From Macrostomum lignano (taxonomy: Eukaryota): 64,000 nucleotides of DNA. Positions 1-15,149 of the stretch are shown in pieces. Below the pieces are notes generated by a model that did not search any database, was not told where the DNA came from, and saw nothing but the letters and a program-made list of their open reading frames with translations. Every line of letters starts with the position of its first letter. Position 1 is the first letter of the stretch. The stretch spans positions 1-64,000 of the forward strand of contig NIVC01000254.1 in assembly GCA_002269645.1 (NCBI GenBank). The letters run 5' to 3'. A program made the position numbers and the translations under genes.

Positions 1-4
1 ATCT

Positions 5-882
5 AAGTTGATACTTTCTTGTCACTCCAGTTTGATAATTTCTTGTCACTCCAGTTGGATACTTTCTTGTCACTCCAGTTGATAATTTCTTGTCACTCCA
101 GTTGGATACTTTCTTGTCACTCTCAGTTGGATATTTCTTGTCACTCCAGTTAGATAATTTCTTGTCACTCCAGTTGGATAATTTCTTGTCACTCCAGTTG
201 GATATTTCTTGTCACTCCAGTTGGATTTTCTTGCCACTCCAGTTTGATAATTTTGTCACTCCAGTTGGATACTTTCTTGTCACTCCAGTTGATACTTTCT
301 TGTCACTCCAGTTGGATACTTTTTTTCACTCCAGTTGATAATTTCTTGTCACTCCAGTTGGATAATTTTTTCACTCCAGTTTGATAATTTCTTGTCACTC
401 CAGTTGGATAATTTATTGTCACTCCAGTTTGATAATTTCTTGTCACTCCAGTTGGATACTTTCTTGTCACTCCAGTTTGATAATTTCTTGTCACTCCAGT
501 TGGATACTTTCTTGTCACTCCAGTTGATAATTTCTTGTCACTCCAGTTGGATACTTTCTTGTCACTCCAGTTGGATAGTTTCTTGTCACTCCAGTTAGAT
601 AATTTCTTGTCACTCCAGTTGGATAATTTCTTGTCACTCCAGTTTGATAATTTCTTGTCACTCCAGTTGGATACTTTCTTGTCACTCCAGTTTGATAATT
701 TCTTGTCACTCCAGTTGATAATTTCTTGTCACTCCAGTTGGATACTTTCTTGTCACTCCAGTTGGATACTTTCTTGTCACTCCAGTTTGATAATTTCTTG
801 TCACTCCAGTTGATAATTTCTTGTCACTCCAGTTGGATACTTTCTTGTCACTCCAGTTGGATACTTTCTTGTCACTCCAGCT
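5..882. repeat. 24-bp minisatellite (TTTCTTGTCACTCCAGTTGGATAC and variants), probably intronic to the dopamine receptor
   Basis: About 36 tandem units with some 23-bp variants; explains the LSLQLDTF / TGVTRKYP repeat ORFs. Confidence 0.95.
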
Positions 883-1150
883 TTCTCCTTGGCAAGCTTT
901 GATATTTTCTGTCACTTCGGATTCCAAGAGTATCTCTTACTTTATTCTAATAAGAATACCCTTGTCACTATCTAGAATCGTCTTGGCACTTCAGTCTGAG
1001 ATGGATGGGTGAATCCATCACAAAAAATATTATATTTACACTTAAAACATTAAGCAGATTCTATCTAAGTGGCCACATAAATTCCCCCATTTTTCTGTCG
1101 TTTAAAATCCCAATAAAATCTGCCGCTTCCCCACCCCCTTGCAAACTCAG

Positions 1151-4100
1151 GTGCGCAACGGCCACTGGGATTTCTCTGACCTTCTGTGCGACCTGTGGAT
1201 CATGTGTGACGCATTGTTCAGCACCGCCTCCATTCTTAACCTGGTCGCCATCAGCATCGACAGGTGAGTGGTCGGGCCATTGCGTCTGATTTGTTTTTGT
1301 AGTTTTAGAAATCCTTAGGGTGAGATTTTGTAGTTTTATAAATCCTTAAGGTGAGATTTTGTAGTTTTCTAAATCATTAGGGTGAGATTTTGTAGTTTTG
1401 GAAATCCTTAAGGTGAGATTTTGTAGTTTTCTAAATCATTAGGGTGAGATTTTGTAGTTTTGGAAATCCTTAGGGTGAGATTTTGTAGTTTTCTAAATCC
1501 TTAGGGTGGGATTTTGTAGTTTTAAAAGTCCTTAGGGTGAGTAGTTTTATAAACCATTAGGGTGAGGTTTTGTAGGTTTCTAAATGCTCAGGGTGAGATT
1601 TTGTCTTAAAATGAGATTCCTCCTGTGATGAGATTATATTGTACTTGTAGTTTTCGTTTCTTTATCCGGACTGCAAAATTGTGATTTGTTTTACTTTTCC
1701 AAGAATACCGGAATGATTTTGTTGTGCCGTCCCGTCTAGCAATTTACAAGCTTCATTTTTCCCATTGAATTCCCACAGTCCCGCATTCATGATTGACTTC
1801 CTCTCAGAAGGGAATCATTTCTGAAAACAATAAATATTAAATTTCATGTCGTCAAAACATTCTAAATAATCCTATGGGTCGGTGACCTGGTTTCCCTCTC
1901 GGGGTCTCTTTTAGAATTTTCCCCTTCGACCGGATTCTAAAAAGCTGCGCACTGAAAGAAATCGCCTTCTAACTTTTTTATTTTGCTTTTCTAAAGTTAC
2001 TTTTTTATTCCCTCAAGAGTCGAGGCGCCTCTCGATCTGCGGGTCCATAGTCTGCTTTCCAGAACTCTCTCCCCCTTATCCCACTCTCCTTTCCCGTTAA
2101 TTTGGCATTCATGAGATACTGGAGGCCATCCATTCCCCCCGAAACTCTTCGAAATCGAATATTCCTGGGATCTTGTCGCTTCTTAGAAGCCGAACTTCCT
2201 TGGCAGTTTGTTTTAACTGTCCGGGTCAATTATCTGTCAACGAATATTTGTGCCTGTGTTTTTTTTTAAAGTTTTCAAAAAAGACACAATCTCAAATCTG
2301 AATATGATTTGTTATGAGATTCGGATTAGCAGAAATCCCAGTTGCTATGGGCATCTCTCTGGGGAACTCGCTGCAGTTCCCGCTCTGCACTGGGGTGATG
2401 GGGTGGCAGCTGCCGAAACTCAATCAACTCGAGCTTGCATCATCCCGTTGCTAGCCAGATATAATGAGAAAAAAATAATTTTTTCTTATAATTAAAGTCG
2501 ACAGACAGAATACTGCTGAAGGGTCCTAATCCACTGCGTTGAAAAGTTTTACTGTCTCAAAAAATTGAATGTTTTTTTAATAACGAGAATTCTACCGCTT
2601 TCAACTGTCTACCGGTAGAGTTGCTATAGCCATGGACAAGAACTCAGGCATCAAGGTGCGACAGCTGAGCAATTGTTGGCACCTAGTGTCGTGGGGGCCC
2701 GAAGCACTACTCAACTTACTTTTATTGATAAGAAGAGATTAAAATGCCCCAAATCATTCTTTTTTTAATGAGCCTGAGTCATTGTTCACTGGGAATCGAT
2801 TCATTGTGGGGGTGCGTCTTTGGCGTGGCGCCAGCACCAGGGGCGCCAGCACCAGGGGCGCCAGCACCAGGGGCGCCAGCACCAGGGGCGCCAGCACCAG
2901 GGGCGCCAGCACCAGGGGCGCCAGCACCAGGGGCGCCAGCACCAGGGGCGCCAGCACCAGGGGCGCCAGCACCAGGGGCGCCAGCACCAGGGGCGCCAGC
3001 ACCAGGGGCGCCAGCGCTAGGAGCGCCAGCACCAGGGGCGCCAGCACCAGGGGCGGGATTTCGCACTCTAGACGGGGCCCAGACAAACTTTTGATGTGAA
3101 ACTTGAACTTTCTACTCCCACATACTTTGGAGTCGCGAAATTATCAATCCAATTGTTGCTGGGGTGCTTGCCACTGGTGAGCCAGCTATTTTAAACTTAT
3201 TTATTCGGGGAGATGTTCTTTTACGCACCAGCTAGCAACTTTGCCTGCTCAGTAAAGGTCAGTATCGGTGCAATGCTAACTTGAGTTGATATTTTGTGTT
3301 TCATTGTATAAATTTATTCTTTCTGTATTTTTTTCACACATCTCTGAGAGTTAATACACTTTTCGTCAATAATTCTTTAAGACATTCCAAAGTTCTCCGG
3401 AAGACAACTTTCTGTCTTTCTCTAATCACAATAACTAATCCCATACTCGATATTGCAGTCCATTATCTAAGACAGTCCCATAATCTTTCCCTAAGACAGT
3501 CCCCTAATGCTTCCCTAAGACAGTCCCCTAATAAGACAGTCCCCTAATGCTTCCCTAAGACAGTCCCCTAATGCTTCCCTAAGACAGTCCCCTAATGCTT
3601 CCCTAAGACAGTCCCCTAATGCTTCCCTAAGACAGTCCCCTAATGCTTCCCTAAGACAGTCCCCTAATGCTTCCCTAAGACAGTTCCCTAATGCTTCCCT
3701 AAGACAGTCCCCAATCTTTCCCTAAGACAGTTCCCTAATGCTTCCCTAAGACAGTCCCCTAATGCTTCCCTAGGACAGTCCCCTAATGCTTCCCTAAGAC
3801 AGTCCCCTAATGCTTCCCTAAGACAGTCCCCTAATGCTTCCCTAAGACAGTCCTTTAATGCTTCCCTAAGACAGTTCCCTAATGCTTCCCTAAGACAGTC
3901 CCCTAATGCTTCCCTTAGACAGTCCCCTAATGCTTCCCTAAGAAAGTCCCCTAATGCTTCCCTAAGACAGTCCCCTAATTCTTTCCTAAGACAGTCCCCT
4001 AATGCTTCCCTAAGACAGTCCCCTAATGCTTTCCTAAGACAGTCCCCTAATGCTTTCCTAAGACAGTCCCCTAATGCTTCCCAAAGACAGTTCACTAATG

Positions 4101-6856
4101 CTTCCCTAAGACAGTTCCCTAATGCTTCCCTAAGACAGTTCCCTAATGCTTCTCTAAGACAGTTCCCTAATGCTTCCCTAAGACAGTTCACTAATGCTTC
4201 CCTGAGACAGTTCCCTAATGCTTCCCTAAGACAGTTCCCTAATGCTTCCCTAAGACAGTTCCCTAATGCTTTCCTTAGACAGTTTCTAATGCTTCCCTAA
4301 GACAATTCCTAATGCTTCCCTAAGACAGTTCCTAATGCTTCCCTAAGACAGTTCCCTAATGCTTCCCTAAGACAGTTCCCTAATGCTTCCCTAAGACAGT
4401 TCACTAATGCTTCCCTAAGACAGTTCCCTAATGCTTCCCTAAGACAGTTCCCTAATGCTTCCCTAAGACAGTTCCCTAATGCTTCCCTAAGACAGTTCCC
4501 TAATGCTTTCCTTAGACAGTTTCTAATGCTTCCCTAAGACAATTCCTAATGCTTCCCTAAGACAGTTCCTAATGCTTCCCTAAGACAGTCCCCTAATGAT
4601 TCCCTAAGACAGTTCCTAATGCTTCCCTAAGACAGTCCCCTAATGCTTTCCTAAGACAGTCCCCTAATGCTTCCCTAAGACAGTCCCCTAATGATTCCCT
4701 AAGACAGTTCCCTAATGCTTCCCTAAGACAGTTCCCTAATGCTTCCCTAAGACAGTTCCCTAATGCTTCCCTAAGACAGTTCACTAATGCTTCCCTAAGA
4801 CAGTTCCCTAATGCTTCCCTAAGACAGTTCACTAATGCTTTCCTAAGACAGTCCCCTAATGCTTCCCTAAGACAGTCCCCTAATGCTTCCCTAAGACAGT
4901 TCACTAATGCTTCCCTAAGACAGTTCCCTAATGCTTCCCTAAGACAGTTCCCTAATGCTTTCCTTAGACAGTTTCTAATGCTTCCCTAAGACAATTCCTA
5001 ATGCTTCCCTAAGACAGTTCCTAATGCTTCCCTAAGACAGTTCCCTAATGCTTCCCTAAGACAGTCCCTAATCCCAACAACAGTCGGCCTCCAACCCTCC
5101 CAAACCCGCAGGTTCATCGCGGTCACCCAGCCCATTAAGTACGCCAAGCACAGGAACTCCAAGCGAGCTCACGTGACCATCGCGGCCACCTGGCTGCTCT
5201 CTATCGGCATCGCCCTGCCGATCGGCTGCGGCCTGCAGAATCTGCAGGGCCTCCGCTATCACGAGAAGTTCCGTCACGTTTGCACATTTTTCAATGGCGA
5301 TTTTCTGATCTACTCCAGCCTGGGCAGCTTCTACATCCCCTGCCTGGTGATGCTGGTGCTGTACTACCGCATCTTCACCGTGATCCGCAGTCGGGCTAAG
5401 AAAGTCAGCAAAGCCAACGACAAGAAGCTTCGGACTCTGTCTAACCAGCAGCAGCAGCAACCGAAAGAATGTGTCAACAATGCCAAGTCTAAAAAAATTC
5501 AAAGACCCCAGACTCTTGCCGCTCCATCAATGGCGAATGCGGCTGGCGACTGCGCCGCTTGTCAGGTGGACGGAATTTACACCGGCGAGGAGGCTGCCCC
5601 GCACACCTGCCGGCTGCCGAGCATCGACTCGCCGCAGCTGCTCACGGAGAGCCAGACCCTGGCCGGCCCGTCCAACTCCGACAACAGCGGACCTCAGAGC
5701 GGCGACAGCGGCGGCGGAGGCGGAACCAGCAACAACAAGAAGCAGCAGCCGAATCATCAGAAGCAGCAGAAGAAGCAGCCGCTGTTTCAGCAGCTCAAGT
5801 TGCGCAAGAAACCGACAGGCAGCAGCAAGGCGGAGAGGTCGGCCGCCAAAAGGGAGAAGAAGGCCACCAAGACTTTGGCGATTGTGCTGGGTGAGCTGGG
5901 GAGGGGTGGGTCGAGTCTTACCTAATCACCGGCTGTCATAGGTGCTTTCAAGACCTGTTTTCACCCATGACTCTCATGTCCTGACCGTCTCATCCTCACT
6001 GCCGACTGTGAGAATGTATTTTAACCATTTATTGTGACATCACCTGACCCCTCTGACCCTCCTGACCACCCTGACCCCTTTGACCCCTCTGACCCTCGTG
6101 ACCACAATGACCCCTCTGACCCTCGTGACCACAATGACCCCTCTGACCCTCCTGACCACCCTGACCCCTTTGACCCCTCTGACCCTCGTGACCACAATGA
6201 CCCCTCTGACCCTCCTGACCACAATGACCCCTCTGACCCTCCTGACCACAATGACCCTTTTTACGCGTCTGAGTCTCCTGACCACCCTGACTCCTATGAA
6301 CCCTCTGACCCCTATGACCCCTGTGATTCCTCTGAGCCTTATGACCACTATGACCCCTTTGACCCCTCTGACCCTTCTGACTACCCTGACCCCTTTGAAC
6401 CCTTTAACCCCTTTGACACTGAAGCGACTTCTGCCCTCCTTCCGTTCACTAGCCTTCTCTCTCACCCTCTCTTCACTCTGATTGGTCCTCACCTCGTCCC
6501 TCCTCAGCCTCCCGTTCTCACTCCACCCTCCTTTTATTATTCTGGACTCAACCCCCTTAAGTTGATGTCTTTACCAGACACCTCTGACCCCATGACCCCT
6601 CTGACCCCTTTGACCCCCCGCAGGAGTTTTTCTACTATGCTGGCTTCCATTCTTCATCACCAACCTGATGTGGGCCGCCTGCTTAAAGAATTTCGACCAT
6701 CAGGAGTCGCTGGGCATCATCTGCCAATACGACAGGCGCATCAACGTGTTCATAGTGTGGCTGGGCTACGTGAACAGCTTCCTTAATCCGGTAATTTACA
6801 CCATATTCAATAACGAATTTCGAAAAGCTTTCAAGAAGCTGCTGCACATTCAGTGA
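1151..6856 (+). CDS. D2-like dopamine receptor (class A GPCR), 3' part; exons 1151-1263, 5112-5890, 6624-6856; TM1-2 exons not found in the window
   Basis: AG/GT boundaries with matching phases. Spliced protein: TM3 CDLWIMCDALFSTASILNLVAISIDRF, ICL2 IAVTQPIKYAKHRN, TM5 YSSLGSFYIPC, TM6 [25 protein letters not shown], TM7 WLGYVNSFLNPVIYTIFNNEFRKAF. The ICL2 and TM6 strings match invertebrate Dop2R from memory; no search was run. Confidence 0.9.
1296..1604. repeat. 31-bp minisatellite (ATCCTTAGGGTGAGATTTTGTAGTTTT..) just after the GPCR donor site
   Basis: Period 31 (ATCCTT at 1311 and 1342), about 9-10 units. Confidence 0.9.
2827..3054. repeat. 15-bp GC-rich minisatellite (GGCGCCAGCACCAGG)
   Basis: About 15 near-perfect units; explains the GAPAP / RGAST ORFs. 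Confidence 0.95.
3465..5070. repeat. 24-bp minisatellite (CCCTAAGACAGTCCCCTAATGCTT), two CCCTAA hexamers per unit
   Basis: About 65 units, ending ~40 bp before the 5112 acceptor; explains the CLREALGD ORFs. Confidence 0.95.
6040..6620. repeat. Degenerate 9-bp-based repeat (CTGACCC core) filling the last GPCR intron
   Basis: TGACC words recur at multiples of 9 bp up to the 6624 acceptor, with a non-repeat pyrimidine stretch at ~6420-6570. Confidence 0.85.
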
Positions 6857-7008
6857 CTGCCCGTGAGGGGCGACACCCGACATGACTTGAACAGCATCAG
6901 CCATGGAGGTATTGTAGTATATATTTTAGTGTACTTTATACTGCTGTTATGCACCTTTATACAATACCAAATTGTACCTTACAGTGAGCATATCCGCCTA
7001 TGTTATTA

Positions 7009-7014
7009 AATAAA
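7009..7014 (+). terminator. Probable poly(A) signal of the GPCR
   Basis: AATAAA ~150 bp after the stop, followed by T-rich sequence and then a repeat array. Confidence 0.55.
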
Positions 7015-7032
7015 TCAATATTTGGTCTCATT

Positions 7033-8550
7033 CTGACTGTCTCACCCCCTGACTGTCTCACCCCCTGACTACCTCACCCCCTGACTATCTCACCCCCTGA
7101 CTGTCTCACCCCCTGACTGTCTCACCCCCTGACTATCTCATCCCCTGACTGTCTCACCCCCTGACTGTCTCACCCACTGACTATCTCACCCCCTGACTGT
7201 CTCACCCCCTGACTATCTCACCCCCTGACTATCTCACCCCCTGACTATCTCACCCCCTGACAGTATTACCCCCTGACTGTCTCACCCCCTGACTGTCTCA
7301 CCCCCTGAATGTCTCACCCCCTGACTGTCTCACCCCCTGACTGTCTCACCCCCTGACTGTCTCACCCCCTGACTGTCTCACCCCCTGACTGTCTCACCCT
7401 GACTATCTCACCCCCTGACTGTCTCACCCCCTGACTGTCTTACCCCTGACTGTCTCACCCCCTGACTGTCTTACCCCTGACTATCTCACCCCCTGACCGT
7501 CTCACCCCCTGACTGTCTCACCCCCTGACTGTCTCACCTCCTGACTGTCTTACCCCCTGAATGTCTCACCCCCTGACCGTCTCACCCCCTGACTATCTCA
7601 CCCCGTGACTGTCTAACCCCATGACTGTCTCACCACCTGACTGTCTCACCCCCTGACTGTTTCACCCCCTGACTGTCTCACCCCCTGACTATCTCACCCC
7701 CTGAATGTCTCACCCCCTGAATGTCTCACCCCCTGAATGTCTCACCCCCTGACTGTCTCACCCCCTGACTGTCTCACCCCGTGGCTGTCTAACCCCATGA
7801 CTGTCTCACCACCTGACTGTCTCACCCCTGACTGTTTCACCCCCTGACTGTCTCACCCCCTGACTATCTCACCCCCTGACTATCTCACCCCCTGACTATC
7901 TCACCCCCTGACTATCTCACCCCCTGACTGTCTTACCCCTGACTGTCTCACCCCCTGACTGTCTTACCCCTGACTGTCTCACCCCCTGACTATCTCACCC
8001 CTGACTATCTCACCCCCTGACTGTCTCACCCCCTGACTGTCTCACTCCCTGACTGTCTTACCCCCTGACTGTCTCACTCCCTGACTGTCTCACCCCCTGA
8101 CTGTCTCACCCCCTGACTTTCTTACCCCTGACTATCTCACCCCCTGACTGTCTCACCCCCTGACTATCTCACCCCCTGACCGTCTCACCCCCTGACTGTC
8201 TCACCCCCTGACTGTCTCACCCCCTGACTGTCTCACTCCCTGACTATCTCACCCCCTGACTGTCTCACCCCCTGACTATCTCACCCCCTGAATGTCTCAC
8301 CCCCTGAATGTCTCAACCCCTGAATGTCTCAACCCCTGGATGTCTCAACCCCTGGATGTCTCACCCCCTGAATGTCTCAACCCCTGAATGTCTCAACCCC
8401 TGGATGTCTCAACCCCTGACTGTCTCACCCCCTGAATGCCTCACCCCCTGAATGTCTCAACCCCTGAATGTCTCAACCCCTGGATGTCTCACCCCCTGAA
8501 TGCCTAACCCCCTGAATGCCTCACCCCCTGACTGTCTCACCACCTGACCG
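7033..8550. repeat. 16-bp minisatellite (CTGACTGTCTCACCCC)
   Basis: About 95 units; variants cluster toward the right end. Confidence 0.95.
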
Positions 8551-8980
8551 TCTTGTACTCTATACCGTTATGCATCTTTATTGAATTCGCAGATTAATGA
8601 GCATATCTATCTAAGATAAGAAATATTAGTTTAAAAAATCTCCTGATTTTTCCCATATTTATGCAAAGCCTACAAGCTGTGTAAATATTATTATTATTAG
8701 CTGCATGAATTATTGTTATTGATAATCCATAAATGGAAACCCAATGCAATATTTTGTTATTGTTTTGCTTCTAAAATAATCAACTTTACATAATACATGT
8801 TTTGTTTGTTCCGATGTCAAACAGCAAGGTTATATATTGATATAATGTAACTAATTGTAATTGGCTTTGCTTCAGCACCGATTTATGATTGCAAATTTTT
8901 ATGATTTCAGTAGCGTCTTAGCCACATGTTTGTGACAGTCTTTTTATTTTGAATTTTCTAGAGCAGCAAAGCTCATGATG

Positions 8981-9815
8981 CTCAAATACGAGTCTGTCAG
9001 CTGCTCAAATATGAGTCTGTCAGCTGCTCAAATATTAGCCTGTCAGCTGCTCAAATATGAGTCTGTAGCTGCTCAAATATGAGTCTGTAGCTGCTCAAAT
9101 ACGAGTCTGTAGCTGCTCAAATATGAGTCTGTAGCTGCTCAAATATGAGTCTGTAGCTGCTCAAATATGAGTCTGTAGCTGCTCAAATACGAGTCTGTAG
9201 CTGCTCAAATACGAGTCTGTAGCTGCTCAAATATGAGTCTGTAGCTGCTCAAATATGAGTCTGTAGCTGCTCAAATACGAGTCTGTAGCTGCTCAAATAC
9301 GAGTCTGTAGCTGCTCAAATACGAGTCTGTAGCTACCCAAATACGAGTCTGTAGCTGCTCAAATACGACTCTGTCAGATGCTCAAATACGAGTCTGTCAG
9401 ATGCTCAAATACGACTCTGTCAGATGCTCAAATACGACTCTGTAGCTGCTCAAATACGACTCTGTCAGATGCTCAAATACGAGTCTGTAGCTGCTCAAAT
9501 ACGAGTCTGTAGCTGCTCAAATACGAGTCTGTAGCTACCCAAATACGAGTCTGTAGCTGCTCAAATACGACTCTGTCAGATGCTCAAATACGAGTCTGTC
9601 AGATGCTCAAATACGAGTCTGTCAGATGCTCAAATACGACTCTGTCAGATGCTCAAATACGACTCTGTAGCTGCTCAAATACGACTCTGTCAGATGCTCA
9701 AATACGAGTCTGTAGCTGCTCAAATACGAGTCTGTAGCTGCTCAAATACGAGTCTGTAGCTGCTCAAATACGAGTCTGTAGCTGCTCAAATACGACTCTG
9801 TTAGATGCTCAAATA
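8981..9815. repeat. 22/23-bp minisatellite (GCTCAAATACGAGTCTGT[C]AGCT)
   Basis: About 37 tandem units. Confidence 0.95.
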
Positions 9816-10267
9816 CGCAGTCTGTGTGAGTCTATTTTGCATGTAAACCTCAAATTAGACATTTTAAGGACTAGTTGTCGTCTTGTATTATTGCGTGGGA
9901 CAGCGGGAGGGCAGAGGGGGCGGTTGTATCAGTTAAGGTCGAACAGGATAAAATTGATAAAAATTTCGAATAGCGCCTGGAGCACGTGACTTGGATTAAA
10001 TCGGAAAAAAATTCTTTGCGAACACGCGGATATTGTTTCCGTGACAATTAATTTATCCAACTTTCTAATTTCTTCTGACAGCTCTGACTCGATAATTAGT
10101 TCGAACTGATGAGGATTGGAGCTGAGATAGAAATATCTTGCTTGACTATGATTTTACTGAAAACTAGCTTACTAAATATGACATTGGCTCTAAGTTTGGA
10201 AAATTGGGATCAGTAACAACTTTATAAATATGAAATATAGCTGAAAAAATGACGTTGACTAGCTCCA

Positions 10268-11107
10268 CTGATAAGGAAGTGGCAATGATTGATAAGGAAG
10301 TGGCAATGATTGATAAGGAAGTGGCAATGATTGATAAGGAAGTGGCAATGATTGATAAGGAAGTGGCAATGATTGATAAGGAAGTGGCAATGATTGATGA
10401 GGAAGTGGCAATGATTGATAAGGAAGTGGCAATGATTGATAAGGAAGTGGCAATGATTGATAAGGAAACGGCAATGATTGATAAGGAAGTGGCAATGATT
10501 GATGAGGAAGTGGCAATGATTGATAAGGAAGTGGCAATGATTGATAAGGAAACGGCAATGATTGATAAGGAAGTGGCAATGATTGATAAGGAAGTGGCAA
10601 TGATTGATAAGGAAGTGGCAATGATTGATAAGGAAACGGCAATGATTGATAAGGAAGTGGCAATGATTGATAAGGAAACGGCAATGATTGATAAGGAACT
10701 GGCAATGATTGATAAGGAAATGGCAACGATTGATAAGGAAATGGCCATGATTGATGAAAATGGCCATGATTGATAAGGAAGTGGCAATGATTGATAAGGA
10801 AGTGGCAATGATTGATAAGGAACTGGCCATGATTGATAAGGAAATGGCAATGATTGATAAGGAAGTGGCAATGATTGATAAGGAAGTGGCAATGATTGAT
10901 AAGGAAGTGGCAATGATTGATAAGGAAGTGGCAATGATTGATAAGGAACTGGCCATGATTGATAAGGAAATGGCCATGATTGATGAAAATGGCCATGATT
11001 GATAAGGAAGTGGCAATGATTGATAAGGAAGTGGCAATGATTGATAAGGAAACGGCAATGATTGATAAGGAAGTGGCAATGATTGATAAGGAAATGGCAA
11101 TGATTGA
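10268..11107. repeat. 21-bp minisatellite (ATAAGGAAGTGGCAATGATTG)
   Basis: About 40 units, with 20-bp variants that break the MIDKEVA frame. Confidence 0.95.
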
Positions 11108-11940
11108 TCGGTAAATGGCGCTGATTGTTAAATATTTTTACAGCTTAGTCGGATTCCAACAGAAAACCGAGCTCATCATTTCAATTTGAAAGAAGAAATG
11201 ATTTTTTCTTTAAATACTTTAGACCCAGCTACTGTTAGTAGACAGTTTAGCTAATTTACTCTTTTTCCGCTCCATTTTAGTTTATCAACTTGTCCACAAA
11301 ATATTGCAAAATTAATAACTTGGTTTTTTATTGTGTTGCACCCTTGGGCGGCCATGGAAAATGAGAAACATTGGATACAGACTATTCAATAAAATTAAGC
11401 TCCCAGTAACCAGCATCTTCCATTGTCCCCAGCAAGATGTTTAGATAAAGTGGATATTCAGTTTAAGCCAGCTTGCAGTACCCATTCGAAAACTGTACTG
11501 CACAAACTCTATCCCCTACAGAGAGGTTCTTCGAATTATAGAAATCGCTACATTCATATTGTAGCTGTTTCCCTACGTAGTAGCTAAATTGAACTTTAAT
11601 TCAAGATGGCTCTTTTTTCTTAATTTACTATAGCGTAAGTTTTTCATATATTTGTAAATCTTTCACAGTTTTATAATTTTTGTTATTGAGATTCTTGGGA
11701 TTTCAAGAACTTCTCTATCGATTGTCCAACTTTGCGTAATACGTCAAAAATTGCAATGTTTTGTAAACCTGAACGCTATGTGCGTCCATTGGTCCAGGAG
11801 GCTGATTGGCTATGGGATGTGCCTTGCCTCTTGTTATGAATATGATGAATGCAGTTCACTGCTGTAGCAATTGGGTACTTCAGTTTTCTGCTTTTAACTG
11901 CATGCGTCAGTTAGCAACATCGGTTCAAAACGCAAACCGG

Positions 11941-13875
<1,935 letters not shown>

Positions 13876-13963
13876 AGCTGAATCTGATAATTTATTTATT
13901 GCATCGATAATTTTTATTTGAGTATAAATTAATTATTACACGGATAACCTGTTCTTAGGTAAG

Positions 13964-14350
13964 CAGATCTGTCACTCCTTCAATTACAGATCTGTCACTC
14001 CATCAATTACAGATCTGTCACTCCATCAATTACAGATCTGTCACTCAATCAATTACAGATCTGTCACTCCATCAATTACAGATCTGTCACTCCATCAATT
14101 ACAGATCTGTCACTGCATCAATTACAGATCTGTCACTCCATCAATCACAGATCTGTCACTCCATCAATTACAGATCTGTCACTCCATCAATTACAGATCT
14201 GTCACTGCATCAATTACAGATCTGTCACTCCATCAATCACAGATCTGTCACTCCATCAATTACAGATCTGTCACTCCATCAATTACAGATCTGTCACTCC
14301 ATCAATTACAGATCTGTCACTCCATCAATTACAGATCTGTCACTCCAATT
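13964..14350. repeat. 23-bp minisatellite (CAGATCTGTCACTCCATCAATTA)
   Basis: About 16 units, downstream of the zinc-finger gene. Confidence 0.95.
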
Positions 14351-15149
14351 AGAGATGTCGCTGCATTACTTATAGATCTGTCATCACATCTTCAAAATCG
14401 CATTCGTACGTGCATGGAATTGACAATAGTTAGAACAATAAAGTAGTGCCGAGTACATTTGCACATGTACAATAAAAGCTATAGTCACTACACAATAATA
14501 TAAAGTATATTGGCCTGCTAATTAAATCAATGGTGTACACAATTATAATATTTGTAAAGCTTTCGACCAGGGCAGGACTTGGCTACTTACAATATATCTA
14601 GATATGCATCTAATTTAGCTAAACAAAACGCCGAAAGTGAAACCAGCCAGCTTACATGTATAACATATACACATTGATACACATGCAGTATATGCATGAA
14701 TAATCGATATCCAACGCGGTCACTTCCACATGTGAGAATGCTGAGGGAGAGGGATCCGCAGTATAAAGGAAGGATGGAAGATGGATTTACGATTTTCTGG
14801 GCCCCATTTCTGATTCATACTGTATATATACTCGTATCAAGCCACAGCGATACTAATGATGCATAAATAATTCGTACATATGCATATTTGACTGGCTGCA
14901 TTATACAGATTGACGCAAATTTGCATACATGCTTTATGTGTGCAAGGACCAGTATAAATATTACTTGGCTCTGGTGGCCTACGTAAATCATGCATATGCA
15001 TGTACTCTATATGCATTCTCCATATTCTGAAATATTTACCTACTCGACTCCCGACTAGCCTCAGTTCTCAGGAAAATGAAAGCAAAGGCGAACATTCGCA
15101 TTTTATTTGTAGAGATAATACGAAATTACGAAATTAAAATTTATTAATC

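Noticed and set aside
90-927. Multiple long ORFs (LSLQLDTF, TGVTRKYP)
   Set aside because: By-products of a 24-bp unit; open on both strands, broken by 23-bp units, no splice context.
2393-2422. GGCAGCTGCC hairpin followed by GAAAC
   Set aside because: The upstream core is GTGATGG, not CTGANGA.
6034-6786. 250-aa DPSDP-rich ORF
   Set aside because: Intronic repeat read-through into the wrong frame of the last GPCR exon.
10164-11100. MIDKEVA heptad ORF resembling a coiled-coil protein
   Set aside because: The 21-bp array is open in several frames on both strands and is frameshifted by 20-bp units; no sign of codon-level constraint.
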